Shown here: piece by piece, positions 16,822 to 24,000 of the stretch | How the letters are laid out: the number at the start of each line of letters is the position of its first letter | Position numbering within the stretch: position 1 is the stretch's first letter | From: Bacillota bacterium | GTDB taxonomy: Bacteria; Bacillota_I; Bacilli_A; RFN20; CAG-826 | Direction of reading: 5' to 3' | Length of the DNA stretch: 24,000 nucleotides | Assembly (NCBI GenBank): GCA_023393065.1 | Contig: JAEWMX010000015.1 | Coordinates: 86,505 to 110,504 of the forward strand | Notes under the pieces: model-generated | What the model was told of the DNA's origin: nothing | The model's database searches: none | The model's input: only the letters and a program-made list of their open reading frames with translations | Translations under genes and position numbers: made by a program

Positions 16822-18765
16822 ATGACCGAAAAAACGATAAAAAACACATATACAGCCGCTGATATTGACATTCTCGAGGGTCTTTCAGGCGTTCGCAAAA
16901 GACCGGCGATGTATATTGGTTCTACTAATTCATCGGGTCTTCACCACTTAGTTTGGGAAGTCATCGACAACGGCGTTGATGAGGCGCTTTCCGGTTTCGG
17001 CAATAAGATAACGGTCATCATTCACAAAGATGGCTCCTTATCGGTTGAAGATGAGGGTCGCGGAATTCCCGTCGACATTCATCAACAGACGAATATGCCG
17101 GCTGTGCAACTCATCTTTTCAACTTTGCATTCAGGAGGAAAATTCTCCGATGCCGTCTATAAAAGCAGCGCTGGTCTTCATGGCGTTGGAGCCTCGGTGA
17201 CAAATGCTCTGAGCGAATTCTTGGATGTCACTGTCTACCGCGATGGTTCGGTTTATCACCTCCGTTTTGAAAATGGCGGAAAATTGGTCACTCCTCTTGA
17301 AATTATCGGCAAAACCATCAAACATGGAACGCTAGTCAGATTTAAACCAGATGCCACGATTTTTACCTCGATCGATTTTAAATGGGATACGATCTATAAC
17401 CATTTGCAGGAGAGCGCTTTTTTATTAAAGAAAGTTCGCTTCATCTTAAAAGATGAAAGAACAGATTTGTCACACGAATTTTACTATGTCGATGGCCTTA
17501 AAGAATATGTTGCTACCCTGAACACAAACAAGAAACCGCTCGGCAATATCGTCTCTTTTGAAGATGAGGCCAACGGTATCATTATCGAGTGCGCGATGCA
17601 ATATTGCATCGAAGATTACAATGAATCGATATATTCCTACGCTAATAATGTCCGAACTAGGGACGGTGGTACGCACGAGACCGGTTTTCGCATCGGTCTA
17701 ACGCGGGCTGTTAATGACTTTGTCACCGAACATTCCCTTTTAAAAGGGAAAAACAAAATTGAAGGCAGCGATATCCGCGAAGGTTTGACTGCTATTTTAT
17801 CGTTAAAAATTCCGGAAACGCTGCTTCAATACGAGGGGCAAACCAAGTCAAAACTCGGCACTCCCGAAGCCATTCAAGCTGTCAATAATTTTATTTATAG
17901 TAAGTTAACTTACTATTTAAACGAAAACAAGGAGTTTGCAATCAACCTTGTCAAAAAGATTAGCGACTCGCGCGACGCCCGCTTGGCGGCGCGAAAAGCT
18001 AAAGATGAGGCAAGAAGCACCAAAAAAGCAAAAAACGATCTTATCATCAGCGATAAGTTAACACCTTGCCAATCAAAGGAATATCCTCTTAATGAGTTGT
18101 TTATCGTCGAAGGTGAATCGGCCGGCGGCACCGCTCGAAAAGGTCGCGATCGGCTGCACCAAGCTATTTTACCACTTCGTGGTAAGCCACTAAATACAGA
18201 CAATGTGACAATGGAGAGAATGCTCAAAAACGAAGAATTCTCGACCATCATTTCGACAATCGGAGCCGGAGTTGGCCAAAACTTTGATATCGATGAGTCA
18301 AAATATGGAAAAATCATCATCATGACCGATGCCGATACCGATGGAGCTCACATTCAAACTCTGCTTTTGACGTTCTTCTACCACTATATGAGACCTCTCG
18401 TAAATAAAGGAAAAATCTATGTTGCCGTCCCCCCTTTATATCGCGTTTATAAAGAGGTCAACAAGACTATTGTATACGAATATGCCTGGGATGATCGCGG
18501 GCTTGAAAAAGCTAAGAAGAATATCGGAGCCGGCTACAAGATTTCCCGCTACAAAGGACTCGGCGAAATGGATGCCGATCAGCTCTGGGAAACGACGATG
18601 AACCCGCGGACTAGACAGCTTGTCCGCGTCAAGATAGAAGACCCGCTTCTCGTGGAAAGACGCGTTAGTGTCTTAATGGGAAAAGATGCGGCTGTGCGCC
18701 GCAAATGGGTTGAAGAAAACGTCGACTTTAACACTGTTGACCGCTTCATCGAGGAGATTAAATAA
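16822..18765 (+). CDS. parE: DNA topoisomerase IV subunit B
   Basis: GHKL ATPase strings are GVRKRPAMYIGST and LHHLVWEVIDNGVDEA. TOPRIM strings are LFIVEGESAGG and IIMTDADTDGAHI, followed by PPLYRV. I call topo IV rather than gyrase from the plsY-parE-parC synteny and the partner's lack of a GyrA box. Confidence 0.87.
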   Translation: MTEKTIKNTYTAADIDILEGLSGVRKRPAMYIGSTNSSGLHHLVWEVIDNGVDEALSGFGNKITVIIHKDGSLSVEDEGRGIPVDIHQQTNMPAVQLIFSTLHSGGKFSDAVYKSSAGLHGVGASVTNALSEFLDVTVYRDGSVYHLRFENGGKLVTPLEIIGKTIKHGTLVRFKPDATIFTSIDFKWDTIYNHLQESAFLLKKVRFILKDERTDLSHEFYYVDGLKEYVATLNTNKKPLGNIVSFEDEANGIIIECAMQYCIEDYNESIYSYANNVRTRDGGTHETGFRIGLTRAVNDFVTEHSLLKGKNKIEGSDIREGLTAILSLKIPETLLQYEGQTKSKLGTPEAIQAVNNFIYSKLTYYLNENKEFAINLVKKISDSRDARLAARKAKDEARSTKKAKNDLIISDKLTPCQSKEYPLNELFIVEGESAGGTARKGRDRLHQAILPLRGKPLNTDNVTMERMLKNEEFSTIISTIGAGVGQNFDIDESKYGKIIIMTDADTDGAHIQTLLLTFFYHYMRPLVNKGKIYVAVPPLYRVYKEVNKTIVYEYAWDDRGLEKAKKNIGAGYKISRYKGLGEMDADQLWETTMNPRTRQLVRVKIEDPLLVERRVSVLMGKDAAVRRKWVEENVDFNTVDRFIEEIK

Positions 18766-21362
18766 TGGCTAAAAAAGTTCCTGAAACCGTCGAAGTTATC
18801 AAGGAAAAAATCAGCAGTCAGCCCCTTGAAGAAGTGATGGGTGATCGCTATGCAACTTATGCTAAATACGTCATTCAAGACCGAGCGATTCCCGATGTTC
18901 GCGATGGTTTAAAACCCGTGCAAAGGCGCATCATATACTCGATGTATGAATCAGGTAATATTTCCACTCGTCCAACCAAGAAATGCGCTCACACCGTCGG
19001 TGCGGTCATGGGTAAGTATCACCCCCATGGCGACTCCTCGATCTACGATGCTTTAGCCCGCATGTCGCAAGACTGGAAAGTGCGCGTTCCCCTCGTCGAT
19101 TTTCAAGGTAATAACGGCAGTATCGACGGCGACGTCCCCGCCGCTTATCGCTACACCGAGGCAAGGCTGAGCGAGATTGCCGAAGAGTTGACTCGCGATC
19201 TTGAAAAAAAGACCGTTGAGATGGATTTGACCTTTGATGATACTGATTTTGAACCAAGTGTCTTGCCAGCTCGTTTTCCAAACCTTTTAGTCAATGGCAG
19301 CGAGGGTATTGCAGTTGCATTAGCAACTGAAATTCCTCCGCACAATCTTCGCGAAGTCGTGGATGCCGTCATTTGGCGCCTGACCCACGTCAATGTGACG
19401 CCTCTTGATTTGATGCGTTTTATCAAAGGCCCTGATTTTCCGACGGGAGGCTTCATCTATGAAGGTGATGGCTTGCAAAGCATTTATGAAACCGGTCGCG
19501 GTCGCATCGAAGTAGCGGCCAAAACGCAGATAATCGACGAAAAAGGGCAAAAACAAATCGTCATCACTGAGATTCCTTATAAAACGGTCAAAATTTCCAT
19601 TGTCTATGAACTTGACAAGATTCGTCACGGCAAAGAGATAGATGGCATCGCTGAAGTTCGCGATGAATCCGATCGCAAGGGCCTTCGCATCGTCATCGAT
19701 CTCAAAAAAGATGCCAAACCCGAAGTCATCCTCGCTTATATTTTTAATAAGACGCAACTCAAAAGTTCATATTCAGCTAACGTTGTCGCCATCGTTAATG
19801 GCCGCCCAAAAACTCTTAATCTCTTACAAATAATTGACGCTTACATCGAGCATCAAGTTGATGTCATCACCAGGCGCAGTCATTTTGATTTGAATAAATC
19901 TCAAGCCCGCTTGCACATCGTTGATGGTTTGATTAAAGCTATCTCAATCCTCGATAGGATCGTCGAAGTCATCAAAGCCTCAAAAGACAAGGCAAGCGCC
20001 AAGGAAAACCTACAAAAGAAATTCGAATTTTCAGAAGCGCAGAGCGAAGCTATCGTCATGTTACAACTTTATAAGTTGTCCAATACCGATATTTCCACTC
20101 TAGTCAAAGAAAAAGACACTCTGGAAAAGACTATTTTAAAATTGCAAGGCATCTTGGAAGATCGCAAAAAATTGGATCGCGTCATCATCGCCGATTTAAA
20201 GGCGATTGCCGCTAAGTACGGTGATGACCGACGCACACAAATCGTCGAAAAAGACATTAATCTACAAATTGATAAACGCGACCTAATCGCCAAAGAAGAT
20301 GTGATGATTGCTATCACTCGGGATGGTTACATCAAGCGCAGCTCGGTGAAATCATATCGTGGAAGCGGGGTTGACTCTCTACCCGGCATGAAAGAAGATG
20401 ATGTCTTGGTCTATCGCGGTCAGGCCGTCACGACCGATTTTGTTTTGGCCTTTACGAACCGCGGAAACTACCTCTATATTCCGATTCACGAGATTATCGA
20501 TACGAAATGGAAAGAAGAAGGCAAACACATCAACTACCTAATCAGCCTGGAATACAAAGAGAAGATTGTCTGCGCCTTTGCCGTCAATGAATTCCGCGAT
20601 GATCTATTCTTGGCCTTGGTAACGAAGAAGGGACAGATCAAGCGTGTTCGTTTGAGCGATTTTGTCGTCATTCGCTACGCTCGACCGATCACAGCCATGA
20701 AACTCATCGGCGATGATGAGATTGCCGATGTGGTGGTGACGAGCGGAGACAGCAACATCCTCGTCTTGACCAGCACGGGCGGTTCCATCCTCTTTAATGA
20801 AAACGATGTTTCGATCGGCACGCTAAAATCTGGCGGTGTCAAAGCCATCGCTGAACTAAAACCAGCAACAATAACTAAATTACTCGTCTTTGAAAAAGAC
20901 GAAAAAGCCAAGATCGCTTTGCTGACACACGCTGGCCACATTCGCATTTACGATTATGCAAACACCCCTTTAACAATGCGGCTTGGCAAGACGACTCCAA
21001 TTTATCCGTGTTTTAAAAATGAGCCTCACAACTTAATTTACGCACGTAGAATTAACGCAAAAGACGACAAAATACTCTTGCGTGTCCAAGCCAATAACAA
21101 GTCGGTAATCGAGGTGCTAATTGAAGATTTTTATATCACTCCGCGATCAAAATACGCCAAAGGTACTATAACCTTGCCGCGTCGTTCTCACCTCGCAATC
21201 GTCTTTCGTGAAGACGATATCATGATCGATAAAACGCTGGTCGCGCATGAACCACCGGTCAAAGAAAAAGCGGTGTTGAGTTTTGATGTTGAAGAAACTG
21301 ACGAAAACGGCAAAGAATATAAGCAGATATCGATATTCGAAGAAGACGAGACGAAGAAATAG
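18765..21362 (+). CDS. parC: DNA topoisomerase IV subunit A
   Basis: Diagnostic strings are DGLKPVQRRI and HPHGDSSIYDA, with the catalytic Tyr in AAYRYTEARL. The CTD has no canonical GyrA box (QRRGGKG). The product is 865 aa and ends in an acidic tail. There is a TAATG overlap with parE. Confidence 0.87.
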   Translation: MAKKVPETVEVIKEKISSQPLEEVMGDRYATYAKYVIQDRAIPDVRDGLKPVQRRIIYSMYESGNISTRPTKKCAHTVGAVMGKYHPHGDSSIYDALARMSQDWKVRVPLVDFQGNNGSIDGDVPAAYRYTEARLSEIAEELTRDLEKKTVEMDLTFDDTDFEPSVLPARFPNLLVNGSEGIAVALATEIPPHNLREVVDAVIWRLTHVNVTPLDLMRFIKGPDFPTGGFIYEGDGLQSIYETGRGRIEVAAKTQIIDEKGQKQIVITEIPYKTVKISIVYELDKIRHGKEIDGIAEVRDESDRKGLRIVIDLKKDAKPEVILAYIFNKTQLKSSYSANVVAIVNGRPKTLNLLQIIDAYIEHQVDVITRRSHFDLNKSQARLHIVDGLIKAISILDRIVEVIKASKDKASAKENLQKKFEFSEAQSEAIVMLQLYKLSNTDISTLVKEKDTLEKTILKLQGILEDRKKLDRVIIADLKAIAAKYGDDRRTQIVEKDINLQIDKRDLIAKEDVMIAITRDGYIKRSSVKSYRGSGVDSLPGMKEDDVLVYRGQAVTTDFVLAFTNRGNYLYIPIHEIIDTKWKEEGKHINYLISLEYKEKIVCAFAVNEFRDDLFLALVTKKGQIKRVRLSDFVVIRYARPITAMKLIGDDEIADVVVTSGDSNILVLTSTGGSILFNENDVSIGTLKSGGVKAIAELKPATITKLLVFEKDEKAKIALLTHAGHIRIYDYANTPLTMRLGKTTPIYPCFKNEPHNLIYARRINAKDDKILLRVQANNKSVIEVLIEDFYITPRSKYAKGTITLPRRSHLAIVFREDDIMIDKTLVAHEPPVKEKAVLSFDVEETDENGKEYKQISIFEEDETKK

Positions 21363-21387
21363 TTTCGCTACAAGTTAACTATTTGGC

Positions 21388-21422
21388 AAGGCGACATAAA
21401 TATACATGTCGCCTTTCTTTTT
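21388..21422 (+). terminator. Strong rho-independent terminator after parC
   Basis: AAGGCGACAT (21388-21397) pairs perfectly with ATGTCGCCTT (21406-21415), giving a 10-bp stem with an 8-nt loop. TcTTTTT follows. Confidence 0.85.
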
Positions 21423-21448
21423 CATAGTTTTATGGTATTCTTCTATAT

Positions 21449-21472
21449 TTTTACAATTATAATTTGTAAAAT
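21449..21472 (+). promoter_or_regulatory. Perfect 8-bp inverted repeat bracketing a TATAAT, overlapping -10-like hexamers just upstream of yqeG
   Basis: TTTTACAA (21449-21456), TTATAAT (21457-21463), TTGTAAAA (21464-21471). TATAAT lies at 21458-21463 and TAAAAT at 21467-21472. The yqeG ATG is at 21479 with no SD. Confidence 0.4.
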
Positions 21473-21478
21473 AAGAAT

Positions 21479-22000
21479 ATGAATAAGCGCTTCATACCGT
21501 TTTGTGTGGCTAAGAGCATTTATGACATCGAGCCCGCTTTTTTCCAAAAGCATCAAATCTCGATTTTATTTGTCGACCTCGACAACACATTAGATGCATA
21601 TCATCAATTGCACCCCACGAAAAAAGCTCGGGATTTAAAAGATGAACTGGCGAAGGCCGGAATAGAAATCATCGTCGTTTCTAACAACACTTCGAAACGA
21701 GTTTCGACATATGCGAAAGAATTGGGTGTTCGCTATGCTGGTTCGCTTTATAAACCTTTTTCCTTTAAACTAAAGAAGTTTATAAAAAAACATAATATCG
21801 ATCTTTCTAAAGTCATGATGATCGGCGATCAAATTATCACTGATGTGGCTTGTGGAAACGGAGCCGGTATTCGCGTCATCTTAACCGAGAGGCTCGTTCA
21901 AGACGATCAATGGACGACGCGCTTTAATCGCTGTTTTGATGCTCCGCGATATCAGAAAATGAAGCGTTTGAATCTCTTAATTAGCTGGGAGGAAAGATAA
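21479..22000 (+). CDS. yqeG: YqeG-family HAD-IIIA phosphatase
   Basis: HAD motifs are LFVDLDNTLD (DxDxT), VVSNN and MIGDQIITD. The product is 173 aa. It is the first gene of a yqeG-yqeH-yhbY-nadD cluster, as in Bacillus. Confidence 0.88.
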   Translation: MNKRFIPFCVAKSIYDIEPAFFQKHQISILFVDLDNTLDAYHQLHPTKKARDLKDELAKAGIEIIVVSNNTSKRVSTYAKELGVRYAGSLYKPFSFKLKKFIKKHNIDLSKVMMIGDQIITDVACGNGAGIRVILTERLVQDDQWTTRFNRCFDAPRYQKMKRLNLLISWEER

Positions 22001-23142
22001 TGGCTAAGCTAAATATTATTCGTCGTTGCTACTCGTGCGGAGTGGTCTTGCAAAGCAAGGATCCGCAAAAAGACGGTTATGTCGAAAACGAGTTTTTGCA
22101 AGACTTATCAAAGGGAGTCCTTTTTTGCTCAAAGTGTTTTCATAGCGAAAAATATAATCTCGCTCCAAAAGAAGCAAGTCTCGACCACGAATTTTTTACA
22201 ATGATCGCCGACGCTCAGGCAACGGACGCCTTGATTGTCTATGTCATCAACTTATTCTCGTTTGAGGCCGGTTTTATTCGCGCTCTCAACCATTGGCTTT
22301 CGGGCCTCGACATTTTAGTCTTGGCCAACAAGCGCGACATTTTACCTGATGATGTCAATGACGATCAACTCAAAGAGTATGTCGCCCATCGCCTCAGAGT
22401 CGAAAAATTAAAAGTTCTCGATGTCAAACTAGTGAGCGCCTCGGCTGATTACAATATTCGCGAAGTCATCGATATCATTAAAGATTTACGCAAGCGGCGC
22501 GATGTCTATATCATCGGTCAAAAGCATTCCGGAAAAACTACTTTGATGGAAGCTTTTCTCAAAGAGTACAAGAATCTCAGCCGAACGAATATCATCACGC
22601 AAAATTATCCGGGGACCAAACTGAAAGTCATGCAGATTCCCATTGATCAATCGACATATTTCTACGATACTCCCGGACTTGGAAACGACAATTCCATCCT
22701 CGAGAAGGTCGAGAAGCCAGTCCTTAAAGCCATCATCCCGGTCAAAAAGGTCGAGAAGCGACAATTCACGATTGCAAAAACACAATCGCTATTTATCGGG
22801 GGCCTAGCTCGCATCGAGTTGGTCGAAGGCGAAAAAACAGTGGTGGGATGCTATTTTTCTGATGATGTCGATATCAAAAAAATCGTCATGCCAGATGCCA
22901 ACAAGCAGTTTTTAAGAAATCTTGAAAAGAATCTGCTTCATCCGACATCCAAAAATTTGCAGAGCCTAAAAGACTTTGATATTTACGATATCGTCGTCGA
23001 CGAAGAAGATTCGCGCGACATCGGCATCAATGGTCTTGGCTGGTTCTCTTTCATCGGAGCCAATCAGACTTTCCGCCTCTATGTTCCGAAAGGTGTTTCC
23101 TTCTATACGACGAGGGCAAAAATTAAAGATGTTAAGCAATAA
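22000..23142 (+). CDS. yqeH: Ribosome biogenesis GTPase YqeH (circularly permuted)
   Basis: The N-terminal zinc ribbon reads CYSCG...CSKCFH. The GTPase motifs are in permuted order: G4 NKRD, G1 GQKHSGKTT, G3 DTPG. GGAGG serves as SD. There is a TAATG overlap with yqeG. Confidence 0.9.
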   Translation: MAKLNIIRRCYSCGVVLQSKDPQKDGYVENEFLQDLSKGVLFCSKCFHSEKYNLAPKEASLDHEFFTMIADAQATDALIVYVINLFSFEAGFIRALNHWLSGLDILVLANKRDILPDDVNDDQLKEYVAHRLRVEKLKVLDVKLVSASADYNIREVIDIIKDLRKRRDVYIIGQKHSGKTTLMEAFLKEYKNLSRTNIITQNYPGTKLKVMQIPIDQSTYFYDTPGLGNDNSILEKVEKPVLKAIIPVKKVEKRQFTIAKTQSLFIGGLARIELVEGEKTVVGCYFSDDVDIKKIVMPDANKQFLRNLEKNLLHPTSKNLQSLKDFDIYDIVVDEEDSRDIGINGLGWFSFIGANQTFRLYVPKGVSFYTTRAKIKDVKQ

Positions 23143-23410
23143 AGATCGGCAAGAGTTATTCGCTCTGAGCAACAAGTTAAAAATGCGCTACATCATTGGA
23201 AAAGACAACCTTGATGATAAAGTTTTCGATATGCTTGATAAAGCTCTTCTGGCCAATGAATTAATCAAGGTAGCGGTGAATAAAGGCGCCAGCCACGAGC
23301 CAGAATATTATGCCAAGGCGATTTGCAGCAAACTCAATTGCGAGCTGATAAAAATAATCGGAAAGACTTTAGTCTTATATCGCGAGAAGCCGCAGAGGAA
23401 CAAAAAGTAG
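23129..23410 (+). CDS. yhbY: YhbY/YqeI-family CRM-domain RNA-binding protein
   Basis: The product is 93 aa from ATG 23129 (MLSNKDRQEL...). CRM-like strings are IGKDNLDDKVFDMLDKALLANELIKV and IGKTLVLYR. The track start at 22976 lies inside yqeH in another frame. It overlaps yqeH by 14 nt. Confidence 0.85.
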   Translation: MLSNKDRQELFALSNKLKMRYIIGKDNLDDKVFDMLDKALLANELIKVAVNKGASHEPEYYAKAICSKLNCELIKIIGKTLVLYREKPQRNKK

Positions 23411-24000
23411 TGGAAAGCGTTATTCTCTTCGGCGGAGCTTTCGATCCGGTCCATAACGGCCATCTGCGAATGGCCAGTGCGGCGAGTTTTTTGCTTAACG
23501 CCGATGTCATTTTCGTTCCGAGCAAGAGCCCGCGGTGGAAAAATCCTGCGGTAGGTATCGACCATCGGCTCAAGATGCTAGCCCTTGCAATTCGCCAAAA
23601 CGGTTTATCGGGAACGACGATCTCTGATTACGAAATTCGCTCAGAAGCCGAAGTCAATTACACGATTGATACCGTCCGTTACTTTGTAAGCAAATATCCA
23701 AAAAAGAAATTTTACCTGCTCATCGGCGCCGATCAAGTCAATCAGTTTCATCAGTGGCGCGAACCTTTGGAAATCATTAAATTGGTGACGGTGGTGTATA
23801 TTCCTCGACCAGACATCAAAATAAATGAGGCTAATGTCAGCAAATATAGCATCGAGAGCTTGCCTTACAATCACACCGGTGATGTCTCTTCGACGAAGAT
23901 TCGCAATTTGCAGTCAATCGACACTCCCTCTTCGGTTCTCGATTACATTGAAAAGAATCGTCTCTATTATATAGAGAAAATAAGCGGCATGCTTGATAAA
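23410..24000 (+). CDS. nadD: Nicotinate-nucleotide adenylyltransferase NadD; 3' end runs off the window
   Basis: This ORF is not in the track, so I translated it by hand. It starts at GTG 23410, which overlaps the yhbY TAG, with AGAGGA as SD. Diagnostic strings are VILFGGAFDPVHNGHL, YTIDTVRY, LLIGADQVNQFHQWRE and VSSTKIRN. It is open for 197 codons to the window edge. Confidence 0.9.
   Translation, partial: MESVILFGGAFDPVHNGHLRMASAASFLLNADVIFVPSKSPRWKNPAVGIDHRLKMLALAIRQNGLSGTTISDYEIRSEAEVNYTIDTVRYFVSKYPKKKFYLLIGADQVNQFHQWREPLEIIKLVTVVYIPRPDIKINEANVSKYSIESLPYNHTGDVSSTKIRNLQSIDTPSSVLDYIEKNRLYYIEKISGMLDK

Noticed and set aside
17913-19757. Antisense or alternative-frame ORFs inside parE and parC (136, 101, 145, 91 aa and others), and similar ones inside glyQS, dnaG, nfo, cshB and yqeH
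   Set aside because: All lie wholly within conserved genes on the other strand or frame. They have no start-site signals and no recognisable motifs. Such ORFs are expected by chance at this GC content.
21449-21471. A dif-like Xer recombination site just downstream of parC
   Set aside because: The right arm (TTTGTAAAAT) only loosely resembles the XerD-arm consensus (TTATGTTAAAT or TTATGTAAACT). The left arm and the 7-nt spacer do not fit the 11-6-11 dif layout. I treat it instead as a promoter-overlapping dyad.
1-24000. Searched by eye for CRISPR repeats, IS or transposase ends, integrase or phage genes, toxin-antitoxin pairs, restriction or other defence genes, tRNA/rRNA/tmRNA/RNase P/SRP
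   Set aside because: I found none. Apart from the 249-nt yneF-plsY spacer, every intergenic gap is under ~120 nt. All sizeable ORFs have core housekeeping assignments except the C39-domain protein at the left edge.

Overview
This window is compact and almost entirely housekeeping: about 25 tightly packed or overlapping CDS and very little non-coding DNA. It appears to come from a Bacillota-type chromosome, possibly Mollicutes- or Erysipelotrichia-like. It uses the standard code, with Trp as TGG and no in-frame TGA in any conserved gene. Gene order matches, from memory, three Bacillus subtilis neighbourhoods joined end to end. The first is the yqf block: ybeY-cdd-era-recO, glyQS, dnaG-sigA-trmK-yqfO, ispH (-), cshB-nfo, ispG (-). 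Next come rpmG, an MBL hydrolase and efp. The second is the yne block: yneF, plsY (-), parE-parC. The third is the yqe block: yqeG-yqeH-yhbY-nadD. I found no rRNA, tRNA, CRISPR array, transposase, phage gene or recognisable defence gene, and no convincing novel multi-gene system. Several smaller items deserve a second look. (1) A 5'-truncated C39-peptidase-like domain is fused to an ABC-exporter-like membrane domain with no ATPase domain. (2) ispH, ispG and yqeG lack a Shine-Dalgarno and have -10-like hexamers 5-13 nt from the ATG, so they may be leaderless mRNAs. (3) EF-P has KTAMRKM in place of the canonical PGKG loop. (4) SigA carries a lysine-rich N-terminal extension. (5) A roughly 200-bp orphan spacer holds a good extended -10 promoter pointing antisense into plsY. 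(6) The nadD ORF runs past its expected C-terminus into the window edge. All calls rest on reading the sequence and on remembered family motifs; no database search was run.
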